This document shows, piece by piece, positions 1 through 10,473 of a stretch of 64,000 bases of DNA; the first letter of the stretch is position 1, and every line of letters begins with the position of its first letter. The notes below the pieces were generated by a model. That model was not told the DNA's origin, did no database searches, and saw nothing but the letters and a program-made list of their open reading frames with translations. The DNA comes from Schizochytrium sp. TIO01 (lineage: Eukaryota; Protista; Bigyra: Labyrinthulomycetes), in NCBI GenBank assembly GCA_004764695.1, contig SMSO01000037.1:2456747-2520746 (forward strand), read 5' to 3'. The position numbers were made by a program, and so were the translations under genes.

Positions 1-1
1 A

Positions 2-532
2 CGCTCCGATGTACTCGTATTTTCTTCAATGGCACTGACTGATTCAATGTACATTTGTGGAGATGTTTATGTGGAACTGCATGCCCAATCAAACAACCCG
101 CACACTGACTTTTTCCTAAAGCTTTGCCAAGTCGCAGCACCGTCTCCTTGGTCGGGTACTACCCAAAGTTTCAACCTCACTGAAGATCTCGCGCGTTTTG
201 GCCCTGATGATTGGGACGGTCAACAGACTGATGAAAATGGCACAACATGGTACGAGCTCAAGGGTAGACGCATCAAAGTTGGCCCTATTGCAGCCCGCTA
301 TGGTCAGGGTACCCGTGTGCGTCTGCAAATATCTGGCGGCGCACACCCCTTATATATGCGAAACTTTGGTACTGGTCATGACATTGCGGAGGCTGTGGAA
401 ACATGCCCGGCTGATCATCGTGTCTTTCATGACACTAAGCTTTTGCTGCCGTTGATTGATGCTAGAGACGTCGAGCTCTACACTGATCTAAACCCTGCAT
501 TCCCCGATCACGTCCCCGAGTACACTGATTAA
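2..532 (+). CDS. CocE/NonD family hydrolase, C-terminal (PepX_C) domain; 5'-truncated by the window edge
   Basis: The frame is open from base 2 (RSDVLVFSS...). Motifs R.DVLVF.S, G.V.VEL...S....TDFF.KL, G.R.RLQISG.AHP.Y.RN.GTG and H.VFHD..L.LP match the C-terminal jelly-roll of CocE/NonD hydrolases. Confidence 0.85.
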   Translation, partial: RSDVLVFSSMALTDSMYICGDVYVELHAQSNNPHTDFFLKLCQVAAPSPWSGTTQSFNLTEDLARFGPDDWDGQQTDENGTTWYELKGRRIKVGPIAARYGQGTRVRLQISGGAHPLYMRNFGTGHDIAEAVETCPADHRVFHDTKLLLPLIDARDVELYTDLNPAFPDHVPEYTD

Positions 533-946
533 AGAGTCCATTATATGTTACCTAATTCTGATCAGAACTGTCTTGATTTCAGCCCAGTTAGGGTCATTTA
601 TAGCAAACGATTGCCTGGAGACGGTAGATAAATAAAAGCTTATCTCACATGGATTTAGAAACTTAAAACAAAAAAAGAAAAAGAAGGGCAATATGATGCC
701 CATCTTACACATAGCCTCTCTTACCTCTTCTTTTTCTCTTCTATACCAAGAGGTTCACCCTGGCATCACAGCGACTACTGTATTCTGTTTAGAAAGAAGA
801 TCTACATTTAGGGCATTCTACACACAACAAATATCTCGTTCAATCCTCATCGATGTTATAATACCAACCCGGATACATTGAGGAGCCTCTCGATTCCAAA
901 TCAGAGTGCAATCCTCTATAAGAAAACACACAAGTGACATAACGAA

Positions 947-1714
947 TCACTCGAGAAAGGGTCGGTGCTTCAGCGCCAAAATATGAGTTTTCACGACGTC
1001 TGCGTTAGCCGTATGTGAGAGTGGAATGCAGATGCTTTCTGCTAGCTCGAATTCATTACAGTACCTTTCAAAGAGCTCTCGTTTCTCTAGCCATGAAACA
1101 CTGCTCAGAATCTCAGAAGACTCAAGAGCATGGCCCATGAGTTCAACAGCTTGCTCCATTTCCTTCAGGAATTTACTTTTGATTTCAAACAAAGTCTCCT
1201 CTGCCTGAAAAACCGTGCCAGGAACTAGAGGCTTTACTACACTCACTTCCTCCAGTTGCTTCTGCTCAACACTCCGAAGCTGCTGTTGTTTCTGAACTTC
1301 TTCAATTCCAATGCGATCAACGCCTCCCAGCTGCGTCGAGAACTTCGCAGGTAAGCTCAAAGTTGGTTGCATATGCGGCTTTTGAAATTGTGTTGCCTGG
1401 CTACTCAAAAGTCCATGCCAAGCCTCCAAAGCCTGCACTAAATTTTGCTGTGCTACGTCAAAACTGGAGATCTGCTGCTTAAACAAGCGGGAACCAGATG
1501 CGTGTTTGCGCGACACTGGCCTTCCCGCGCTCCCGTTTGGCTCACTCGGAGCCGTGGACCGGTTTGAGGCCACCGATTTCGCCGACTTCGAAGATCGGTT
1601 AGATTTGGCTGATGCCTGTTGCGCTGTCGGAATCCTTTGCTGCGAAGGTTTCTTCTTTGACTTTGACTTGCTACCGCCTGGCCGCCGCGCCGAGCCTCCA
1701 CGAGGTGTGTTCAT
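947..1714 (-). CDS. Hypothetical protein, 255 aa; basic low-complexity N-terminus and helical C-terminus resembling CINP (CDK2-interacting protein)
   Basis: ATG-started ORF. The C-terminus YCNEFELAESICIPLSHTANADVVKTHILALKHRPFLE resembles the recalled CINP tail pattern Y..E..L...+...L.HT...D....+.....H.P++E. The family call is tentative. Confidence 0.6.
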   Translation of the reverse strand: MNTPRGGSARRPGGSKSKSKKKPSQQRIPTAQQASAKSNRSSKSAKSVASNRSTAPSEPNGSAGRPVSRKHASGSRLFKQQISSFDVAQQNLVQALEAWHGLLSSQATQFQKPHMQPTLSLPAKFSTQLGGVDRIGIEEVQKQQQLRSVEQKQLEEVSVVKPLVPGTVFQAEETLFEIKSKFLKEMEQAVELMGHALESSEILSSVSWLEKRELFERYCNEFELAESICIPLSHTANADVVKTHILALKHRPFLE

Positions 1715-2332
1715 CGCTGCCTATGTTCGCAACCCTCCAAAGCCTGTTTGATGTGGGCTTCTTCGCCTCGTTTTCGTAGGACCACAAAATAAAGTATTTG
1801 TCATAAACTTAATCATCATATGATGCTACTAAATAATATGTACTAACCCTGGATTAGTATTACCCTCTAGATATAATATTTTTTAATGATGGTCCATGTA
1901 CTAGGAATGAGGACTTTTGATCCGTTCACACACTAGGAGCGGGAACGCGATGCATGTTTACCCTTCGGTTCGTATTCTCGGCATAAGAACTGGAGGACTG
2001 TGACCCTGGATTTGGATCAAATCAGGCTCATTTACTTTGTTTGGTACTCGTTTGGGTTGTAACAGTTTTGATTGTAAAAAGTAGCAATGCTTGCGTGCAT
2101 GGATGCATTAATGTAACTTTTAGAATAGAAGTTCAAGCAACAGAGGAAAGAAAGCCCATATAGAGCGCGTACAGGTGTTCGCGGGGGAGCAACGCCATAT
2201 TCGCGACACTATTTGCTCTTTGAGACAATTTTAATCCTAATAAAGCCCGGCATAAGGTAGTGCGTAGGCGGTTGGAATATATTGCCAAGTTGCAAGGACG
2301 AGCAATCTTCAATTTGGAAATAGCTAAGGAAG

Positions 2333-3559
2333 ATGCGCATGAATGAGCCATACCCATATTACAAAAACACCAAGTTGCTGGATGAACAGCGCCGGCGCCG
2401 AAAAAGATTGCTCCCAAAGACAGATATGAGAGCAGAGGCTGATAGTAGTACCCATGGTCTTCGGCTTCCTTCACCTGAGCAGTCGAACTTTAAGTCCCGC
2501 CTTGCCATTGGGGGCAGCTCAAATTCCTCGTTTCATTACCGGCCAGCGACATCACATACCCGAGCATCCGGGAGAAGTTTAAGCCCGCTAAAAAACTCTT
2601 CCTTGTCATCATTAGAAAGCAACATTCTGAGGTCATCAAGCACCGAGCAGATTCCTGAATCTCTAATTCCACCCACTTCCTTGGCTAGAGCAAATGCTGA
2701 CGCAAAGTTTATTTGGCCTCTCGCAAATTTGCTATCTCAGCCCAGCTATAATTCTGCACCCCAAGGCGATACAGATGTTAAAAGTGTTATGCAATGGGTG
2801 CATTTCATGAACTCTAGAATCGAGCAACAAGCAGGCCGTCTCCTACCTGAGGATGCACTTGAGGATGTGAGAAATGTACAATATATGGCTTTTCATGAAC
2901 TTGTGAGACAGGTAATGGTATCCAACTTTGCTCGTGGACAAGCGTTACTTGAAATGTGGAAATTGAGGTCGGAGCTCGAAGATCTTGAGAAAGCGCAGTT
3001 TGAGAATAGAATAGCATCTCTTGAAACAGCTGCTCAAGAAGCTCAGTTTCAAGAGCGTCAAACACGACACATGTCGGTGCGTACAATGTCTACTGCGTCT
3101 AAAATTCAACAAGGGCGTCATACATTAGCTACAGCTCGGTCTCGCAAGCGCAACTCTGTGTTCGATGCGTCCACTCTAGCAAAGGTTGAGCAGCACCGCT
3201 TCTCAGAACGAATCCAAACTCATCATCAACAGCCATTAGGCCTTCGTCCACAGTCTTCGCAAAGTGCTGCGTCACTGCTTAAAACTCCTGGACGGTCAGA
3301 CGACCATCAACGCAAGACAGGAGTGCTCCCTATCTTTGAGCGCTTCTTTCTTGATATTGAGGCTGAACTGCCCAGGAAGCAAGCTCAAGCTGGCATATAT
3401 CAAAGCGATAGTGAGGAGCATTCACGTGCTACAATATTATATAAGGACCTTTGCACAGCTTTAGAAAGGGTTCATGAGCTTGAGCAAGAAAATGAACGTC
3501 TTCGGCTTTCGGGGTGTTCCCAAGTGACTGGGACAGATATGGCCCTTAGCAAAACTTGA
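2333..3559 (+). CDS. Axonemal dynein light chain (p28/AXDND1-like) domain coiled-coil protein
   Basis: 408-aa ORF. VQYMAFHELVRQVMVSNFARGQALLEMW matches the Ax_dynein_light motif F.EL+RQV.+....RG.LL and is followed by a coiled coil. Confidence 0.7.
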   Translation: MRMNEPYPYYKNTKLLDEQRRRRKRLLPKTDMRAEADSSTHGLRLPSPEQSNFKSRLAIGGSSNSSFHYRPATSHTRASGRSLSPLKNSSLSSLESNILRSSSTEQIPESLIPPTSLARANADAKFIWPLANLLSQPSYNSAPQGDTDVKSVMQWVHFMNSRIEQQAGRLLPEDALEDVRNVQYMAFHELVRQVMVSNFARGQALLEMWKLRSELEDLEKAQFENRIASLETAAQEAQFQERQTRHMSVRTMSTASKIQQGRHTLATARSRKRNSVFDASTLAKVEQHRFSERIQTHHQQPLGLRPQSSQSAASLLKTPGRSDDHQRKTGVLPIFERFFLDIEAELPRKQAQAGIYQSDSEEHSRATILYKDLCTALERVHELEQENERLRLSGCSQVTGTDMALSKT

Positions 3560-3887
3560 GAGTCATTCTCTCCGTAACAACACGAGGAGCAAAATAATCA
3601 AAGTTGAATTGCATCATATGTTGCATTCATACGTGGCTACACAGTGGGTCAAAAGCTGCATTGTTAAACATCTTTCGTGTTCCGTCATCATTAATTTTAA
3701 AATTTTAAAAAAAGAGATAAAGACAATATTAGTATTATTATGGAAAATATCATGTAGAAGAATAAAGAAAAGGTGTGTGCTACTTCAATAGATTACATAC
3801 CATTGGAAGGATCTTTCATCGACCAACCACAATTCGTCAGAACTAATTCACTAGCAACAAGCCCGAAGGCATCTTGCCGTGGCCAGG

Positions 3888-6881
3888 ATGAGTGATGACA
3901 TCGAACACGCTGTGGACACGACTCCGCTGCTTCCGACAGAAGACTCGCGACGGGAAAGTTCTTCAAGGCCTCGCAATTATGTTAGCAAGAGGGCTGGTAG
4001 TGCGCCGGTCCTGTACCTCCGGGCTGCACTTTGGCTCCTGGGCTTAGGCTGTGCGCTGGGATGGCTCTTCATTTCGCTAGAGCTCTGGCATCTCATGGCT
4101 TTATGTCCACACATCGCAGGTGCTGCTTTCGCAGTACTTACATTTGGAGACCTGCTTTGGGTTGCAGCAACTGTCAAACAGCCCAAATCTAATACGTCTA
4201 AGCCTTTAACGTGCTTTTGGTTTGTGGTGCTACTGGCTGGCTTAGTTTGCGCAACACTTACAGAATTTCTTTTTGTTGGTATTGTGCAGACGCAGCGTGC
4301 ATCAGATACGTTTACGGTGGGCCCAGATGCTGGTCTTTCCGGTTTCGTCAAGGTTTATACGGAGAGAAGCACTGGCGTCTTGCACATCGAGGCGAATTCA
4401 AGCGATCCCGGAGATCTCTTCTTTGTACAAGGTATGGTAACAGCACAAACGCGTACATTTCAAATGGAGTTACAGAGGCGTTTGTCCAAAGGCCGCCTTG
4501 CTGAAATGGTAGGTGAGGCTGCGGTTCCGCAGGATCTAATGCAGCGCACATTCCGTTTTGCCCAAATAGCCGAGCAAACGTTCGCGCAGATGAAAACAGA
4601 AGTGGACTTTGCAGAAGAAATTATGGTACTTGAACGCTACACTGCTGGTGTAAACTACTTCATTAACTCCCCAGAGCGATTTGTACCACCCATCGAGCTC
4701 AGAATTTTATCCTGGCTTTTTGGCAAGTGGTCACCAGACCACCTCGAGCCCTGGACCCCAGCTGACTCTATTGCCTGGGTTCTCATCATGTCGTATGGTC
4801 TCTCTGGAAACCTTCCTCGCGAACTTTTACGCGCTAAACTTCTCACTGACCAAGGCCTTGACGTACGTAGAGTCATGGAATTGGTGCCTGCTTTTGATTT
4901 ACAAGATTTCCCTACAATCGTCCAAGCTGAGGATGTTTGTGAGGACCCGAGCGCTCGGCACGACCAAACACGTTGTGAATTACCATCAACGATGGAAACT
5001 TGGCTCAATTCACTTACTAGCAGTGCTCAGCCCGAGATCATGAAAAGTCGCAAACTTGATGATTCTGCATTTTCGACAGCTAAGGAGACGCCCTCACCAA
5101 TATGGAACCTCCGACCGAGCAACGCGCTTGGTGTTTTTGGAGCTTCAAATAACTGGGTCGTCAGTGGCAACCTCACTGCATCAGGGACCCCTTTAGTTGC
5201 AAATGACCCCCATCTTGAGTTAACAGCACCCAATATCTGGCTTTTGGTTCACCTAAAAGATGAAACCCATGGTGTAGATGTAATTGGGGCTTCTTTTGTT
5301 GGTATGCCTATGGTAGTATTAGGTAGGAATAAACACATGGCATGGGGAGTTACAAATACTGGGGCTGATGTGCAAGACCTTTTTTTGCTCAATCTCACCG
5401 CTGACGGGAAAGCATACATTCATAATGGTACCTCTGTTTCCATCCGCGAACGTTCGGAGGAACTCAAGGTTGCTGGAGAATCTACTCCACGCCAAGTAAC
5501 ATTTCGTTTGGCTCCTCATTACGGACCTGTTATTTCAGATCATGGGATCCCAGACGTAATCTTGCAAACTCCAGCTAGTGATACCAAAGCGCGGCTTGGC
5601 GGGCACACCGTCGCACTTCGCTGGACTTCACTTTTGGCTGATGAGCCAGAGCACTTTGATACTTCCATGGTCGCCTTTTTCCGGATGGCCAAAGCACGCG
5701 ACCTCGATGAAGCCCGACAAGCTTTAAAGTTGCTGGTGGCACCAGGCCAAAACTTTGTTATGGCAAATAGTACAGACATCGGCTACCAAATGACAGGTCG
5801 CTTCCCAGTACGCGTGCAGGGGCATTCTGGCCTCTTCCCAGTGCCCGGAAATGGTTCTTATGATTGGGGTGCAGCCCATTATCTTCCGTATGAGGAACTC
5901 CCCAATGTTACCAACCCGAAACAAGGATTTGTTGCGACTGCTAACAATCGTGCACAGCCGCCATGCTTTCCTCACGTTCCTTCATGTGACTATGATTCCA
6001 TCGATGGCTATCGGGCCAAACGCATCTCTCAGATGCTGCAAGATTCTAGAGGAAGTCATTCGGTTTCAACAATGCAAGCAATTCAGCACGATGTGAAAAG
6101 TCTCTTTGCTGAGGAGCTTAAAGAAGTGTTGGCCTTTGTTTGCCATCAAACACAAGACTCCAATGCCGTTAAACTATGCGAACAATATATTGGGCCCACA
6201 AGTGGATACACGTTTGAAATGGCACAGGGGTCAATCGCGGCGACATTTTTTAATCTGTGGGTTCGGGAGTTGAGTACGTTTGCCGCAAATGGAACTGGTT
6301 CACTCTACTGGGCCGAGCCTTACGTCCTTGCGACAACCTATAGACGTGCCCTCGCAAAGCGCAGTACCAATTCTTCACTGGATCAACAGGCAACATACCA
6401 TCATTCAACTGATGACCCGCTTTCCTTCGCAGCCTCAGCTCTTGAACGAATTGCAGCACAATATGCTGAGCATACCCCTCCTGCATGGGGTTCTCCTGGC
6501 ATGCACGAGACTTGCTTTCATTCAGCGATTTTTGATGCCACTCCTCTTGCCTGCCTCTTCTCCCGGCGTGTACCCCACGGAGGAGATATGGTCACCGTTA
6601 ATGTTGGCTTACTTTCTTACCCCTCGTTCCTGCAAATTGCAGGATCTTCTTTTCGCGCTGTAATGTCTCTCGGGGGCGCCACCAGGACTGCAGTTGCATC
6701 CGACGACTACGACGATGGTCTTTCTGTCATTGTCAACGCTTTGGGTCAGAGTGGCTCAATCCTCTCCCCACATTACGACGACATGGCAGTTCCATGGTCC
6801 AATGGTGAATATTTCCATATGTCGATCTCAGACAGAACCGCGAACGGTCCGACTGATATGTATGTGCTGTCTGCTCCCTGA
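3888..6881 (+). CDS. Penicillin acylase family (peptidase S45) Ntn-hydrolase with N-terminal transmembrane helices
   Basis: About 1000-aa intronless ORF, first ATG at 3888. Alpha-chain motifs G+.HI.A....DLFF.QG...AQ.R.FQM++.RR...GRLAE+.G. Beta-chain start GA-SNNWVVSG..TASG.PL+ANDPHL with the catalytic Ser codon at 5145-5147. Also WG+TN.G.DVQD, TANN, and a C-terminal GQSG...SPHY.D....W..G.Y. Confidence 0.95.
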   Translation: MSDDIEHAVDTTPLLPTEDSRRESSSRPRNYVSKRAGSAPVLYLRAALWLLGLGCALGWLFISLELWHLMALCPHIAGAAFAVLTFGDLLWVAATVKQPKSNTSKPLTCFWFVVLLAGLVCATLTEFLFVGIVQTQRASDTFTVGPDAGLSGFVKVYTERSTGVLHIEANSSDPGDLFFVQGMVTAQTRTFQMELQRRLSKGRLAEMVGEAAVPQDLMQRTFRFAQIAEQTFAQMKTEVDFAEEIMVLERYTAGVNYFINSPERFVPPIELRILSWLFGKWSPDHLEPWTPADSIAWVLIMSYGLSGNLPRELLRAKLLTDQGLDVRRVMELVPAFDLQDFPTIVQAEDVCEDPSARHDQTRCELPSTMETWLNSLTSSAQPEIMKSRKLDDSAFSTAKETPSPIWNLRPSNALGVFGASNNWVVSGNLTASGTPLVANDPHLELTAPNIWLLVHLKDETHGVDVIGASFVGMPMVVLGRNKHMAWGVTNTGADVQDLFLLNLTADGKAYIHNGTSVSIRERSEELKVAGESTPRQVTFRLAPHYGPVISDHGIPDVILQTPASDTKARLGGHTVALRWTSLLADEPEHFDTSMVAFFRMAKARDLDEARQALKLLVAPGQNFVMANSTDIGYQMTGRFPVRVQGHSGLFPVPGNGSYDWGAAHYLPYEELPNVTNPKQGFVATANNRAQPPCFPHVPSCDYDSIDGYRAKRISQMLQDSRGSHSVSTMQAIQHDVKSLFAEELKEVLAFVCHQTQDSNAVKLCEQYIGPTSGYTFEMAQGSIAATFFNLWVRELSTFAANGTGSLYWAEPYVLATTYRRALAKRSTNSSLDQQATYHHSTDDPLSFAASALERIAAQYAEHTPPAWGSPGMHETCFHSAIFDATPLACLFSRRVPHGGDMVTVNVGLLSYPSFLQIAGSSFRAVMSLGGATRTAVASDDYDDGLSVIVNALGQSGSILSPHYDDMAVPWSNGEYFHMSISDRTANGPTDMYVLSAP

Positions 6882-7397
6882 CCCATGTAAACCCAGTTCT
6901 AGTCGATTCTCCAATATACTATTTAAAAAACAAACAAAAAAAAAACAAGGAAATGATGTCTTTCAATAATTCACCATATCTCAAAACAACCAAACAATAG
7001 CTCTAGACTAATCTAAGCTCGGAATTCGACATTGCTCAATCTGAACCCAAACACAAGCACAGCAGCATGTACCATCTGCTCCCAGGAAACTTTTGGCAAA
7101 GATGCGTTCCATTATCTGAACTATAAGTGGTCGAATTCTTGCAATCCTAAAACCATAGAGTCTTAGCATTTTACTATAGTAATGACAGTTTATTAATATT
7201 TTAAAATAAAAGGAGCAACACCTCATCGCTTCGACAGAACATCCTTTTATCTTCGCGTATTCAATTGCTGCAAACCAAATCGCTGCGTTTTCTCGCAGCT
7301 TACCTGTGCTGCCCGTGCTGAGAGGCCCTAAGAGCTCTCGCTCGGAACCAGCACCAGCATCAGCCACCTGGGGGGCAGAGCTTGGGAGCCGGCGAGC

Positions 7398-9254
7398 ATG
7401 CGTGCCGGCGTGAACCGCGCCGCCGCTGGCGCAAGGGATTTCTTCGCCGATGGAGTTCTGGGCGGCAGACGGAAGCAAGAGGAGCAGAGCCGTTCTGGTC
7501 GACGCAGTGACTTTTTAGCCTCAGTCAAGGTCACTGGGATCCTCGTTTCGTTGCTGCTTATGCTCTTCATGCTGGCCTATGGCATGGTCCACATGAACCA
7601 CGAAACTCGCATGGAGGAGTGGCAACGGCCTTCGACACAGATTTTGACTACGCAGGACCCTGCAGTGCAATCAAAAACCTCAGGGTTCTTTGGTTCTTTG
7701 GAGTCTTCAAATTCTTTGGGTTCGCCTTCGTCATTTTCAGCTTCTTCAACGACCTCAAATTCGGGGTATGGAGAGGGAATTTCTCACTCAAACAACGACT
7801 CCATGGAAGATCCAGACTCCAATCAAGGCAATCTCAATAACGATGAAGACAATGAAGAAAGTGGAGATGAGGATGAGGATGAGGACCAACTGCAAGAGTC
7901 ATCTTCACTGGAGGATCTTGATAATGTGTTGTCGGAGGACCCTGACGTGGAGGCGGATGAGCTTGTCATGCGCCAATTTAAGGAGCTTGCGGGTGAAAAG
8001 GTTCGATTTTCCTCCCGCAATATTCCAGGCGTTGACCCTTTGAAAGATCAAATTTTTCTTGTTAATGGCACTCTCACTAATGCCTACAAATCTGTTCTTC
8101 GAAACAAACCACCACGGAGCCGGCAAGATTTGCCACGTGTATTTCCAAAGGATGTTGCTGTCTTTTACAAAAACCTTAACAAACGACGCACGGTCTGTGT
8201 ATATACACGGACCCCGCGCCAGGACTCCCTCTTTCGAACAAACTTCATGTCAATGTTCGGCTCTGGAGACTATAACTATGTGATCATGCGGTCTACTGAC
8301 TGTCAGCATGAGGGCACTTGCAAAAGCGGAGAGGAGGCTCGTAGCCACCCTCGCTGTAATCCTGATATCAGCCCTACTATCCACCTTCTTGAGCGTATTA
8401 AAAACTTCCAGCATGAGCGCTTCGAGCAAGTACTCACCAACGGTAAGGAGTATTATGACGTTTTGGTGGCCACTGGAGATGAATTTTGTCGCGCGATTCA
8501 TACTTATGATCGTGCTCACTTTCGCATGTATGCAGGCCCTAATGTTGTTAATGCTTCGCTCAACTCGCCCATCTACCTCCCCCTTGGCCCGCGCGAAGAA
8601 TTCAAGCGTGTATACGCGAATGATGTTCGCCTCGTGAAGGAACGTAAATACATGTACAACTTCATGGGCAGTCTCACTTCTCTCTCGCGCAAGGTTCTCG
8701 TGAACGAGCTGCGCTCTATCTCGAACAAGTATCAAAACTTTGTTTGGGTTGTTTCAAAGTGGAAAAAACAGCTAACTCGTGCAAATGGATATATTACTCC
8801 AACTCAGTACAAGCAGATCTTGATTGATTCTGTTTTTACTTTGTGCCCGCAAGGCCACAATCCTGAGGCTTACCGCATTTTTGAGGCCTGTGAGGCTGGT
8901 TCGATTCCCGTGCTAGTGCTTGATGAATACTATCGCTCCCATGAGTGTGAAAGTTCGTTCCGCCCGCTTATTACTCAGGGAGCTCCCTTTGTTTTTCTGA
9001 ACTCATGGGAGGAGCTGCCCGCTTACTTTGATTACATCACCCAGCATCCTGAGAGGATACAGCAAATGCAAATGGATACCATGGAATGGTACCGTAAGTT
9101 CATGTCCAAGGTCGCGAACAACTTTGAGACAGTCATGACGCTCCGCTTTTCTGATCGAAGCGAGGGCACTCGATTCACATCAACAGCGTCTATTCCAGGC
9201 TTGAGAACCTACCTTGATGATCCTGATTATCGTGTGCCTCTACAAAAAAATTAG
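7398..9254 (+). CDS. Type II membrane glycosyltransferase, exostosin/GT47-like, RXYLT1 (TMEM5)-like
   Basis: N-terminal TM (ILVSLLLMLFMLAYGMV) and a Ser/acidic stem, then YLPLGPR, R.Y.+NF.GS, SVFTLCPQGHNPEAYRIFEACEAGSIPV, and APF+FL.SW.EL followed by a terminal WY motif. Confidence 0.85.
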   Translation: MRAGVNRAAAGARDFFADGVLGGRRKQEEQSRSGRRSDFLASVKVTGILVSLLLMLFMLAYGMVHMNHETRMEEWQRPSTQILTTQDPAVQSKTSGFFGSLESSNSLGSPSSFSASSTTSNSGYGEGISHSNNDSMEDPDSNQGNLNNDEDNEESGDEDEDEDQLQESSSLEDLDNVLSEDPDVEADELVMRQFKELAGEKVRFSSRNIPGVDPLKDQIFLVNGTLTNAYKSVLRNKPPRSRQDLPRVFPKDVAVFYKNLNKRRTVCVYTRTPRQDSLFRTNFMSMFGSGDYNYVIMRSTDCQHEGTCKSGEEARSHPRCNPDISPTIHLLERIKNFQHERFEQVLTNGKEYYDVLVATGDEFCRAIHTYDRAHFRMYAGPNVVNASLNSPIYLPLGPREEFKRVYANDVRLVKERKYMYNFMGSLTSLSRKVLVNELRSISNKYQNFVWVVSKWKKQLTRANGYITPTQYKQILIDSVFTLCPQGHNPEAYRIFEACEAGSIPVLVLDEYYRSHECESSFRPLITQGAPFVFLNSWEELPAYFDYITQHPERIQQMQMDTMEWYRKFMSKVANNFETVMTLRFSDRSEGTRFTSTASIPGLRTYLDDPDYRVPLQKN

Positions 9255-9456
9255 GATCTAGGCTTTCTATGGTATTACAACAAGAACTGGATGAATGATC
9301 CAAAGTAAATAGATAAACATATAGAATAAAGTTACTTCCAGTTAACGTTTTGCTATTATTGTCGAGTTAAGGCCATGTCTTCAGAGAGGAAAGTGCTACG
9401 ATATCGATATTTCAATGAAGTATTGAGAACACACGAACAAAAAGAAATCTGACAAA

Positions 9457-10473
9457 TCATACCTTGAGCCATTGAGATGCTTGAAAAGCTTGAAAAGACC
9501 ATTCGTTGATTGATCCATCTGAACAGGTTAGAATGTGCCATGTATCCGATGCTCGTGAACCTAGGCGAGAAAGCTCGCCTGCCCGTGGGCCAGCATAGTA
9601 AAATCGAGATATTGCGCGCTGTGAAGGCGTAGCAAAGTGAGAAAACACGATCGCTTCATTCGGCATACTTTCATCAAGTCTACACCCAAAAGGTCGATTT
9701 AGGCTAGACTCCAACAACACTGCTACATTCTCTGTTGAAATTTCTACAGATATGAGAGAACCAGCCTGTCGTAATGGAAATGGGTTTGCGAGATCTGCGA
9801 GGTTCATTTGAGAACGGTCGACCAGAGGTTCAGGCTCAAACTCTGCATTCTCGCATGTAAGAAATGCAACTAGCTTTTGGTCATCGCTGCGGCGTACGAC
9901 TGTCATCGAGGTACATGTCCACGGTAATGGTACCTTCTTTAAAATGAGTCCATCGTGGCGCATTACAACTAAAGCAGGTGATGCCGTGTCCGCAATTATG
10001 TACGAGTCATCTTCTTTGATGTATGCCACACCAACAGGTCGAATGTTTCTCAATGGTATCATGTTTCCGTATTTGAGATATCCTTGTTTGCACGTGCGGA
10101 GCAGATGCACGCACGAGTCTTCCTCAAGAACAACTGCAACTTCGCCGATCTTGCGGCCACAGCAAATATCTCCTCGGCTCCTCGGAGAGAGAACTCCTGG
10201 GTTCTGGCGCATCAATCTGGGAATTACGCACTTCTCTTGCTGTCTCCCATTCTGGCCACGAACGCGGACAACATGTTCTCGACCGTGTTCTACCTCGATT
10301 CTAAGGCCTCCAATTGCACGTCTCGTTTCGCGCAAAACTTCCTCGGTCACCGTATGCCAACGCACACAGACAAATTTTGTACAGGTGGCGAGTTGAAGTG
10401 GAGCAAGCATGGTCAGGACCCTGCGCAAAATATCCTCGGACACACCAATGCCATTGTGCTCCCTGGCCGCCAT
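9457..10473 (-). CDS. F-box protein with partial NHL-like beta-propeller
   Basis: The N-terminal VSEDILRRVLTML....L.....VCVRW fits the F-box consensus. RPVGVAY....SYIIADT and LNRPFG resemble NHL repeats. Confidence 0.65.
   Translation of the reverse strand: MAAREHNGIGVSEDILRRVLTMLAPLQLATCTKFVCVRWHTVTEEVLRETRRAIGGLRIEVEHGREHVVRVRGQNGRQQEKCVIPRLMRQNPGVLSPRSRGDICCGRKIGEVAVVLEEDSCVHLLRTCKQGYLKYGNMIPLRNIRPVGVAYIKEDDSYIIADTASPALVVMRHDGLILKKVPLPWTCTSMTVVRRSDDQKLVAFLTCENAEFEPEPLVDRSQMNLADLANPFPLRQAGSLISVEISTENVAVLLESSLNRPFGCRLDESMPNEAIVFSHFATPSQRAISRFYYAGPRAGELSRLGSRASDTWHILTCSDGSINEWSFQAFQASQWLKV

Noticed and set aside
1940-2000. GGTTCG T-loop-like word suggesting a tRNA
   Set aside because: No acceptor stem, D-arm or anticodon arm could be folded.
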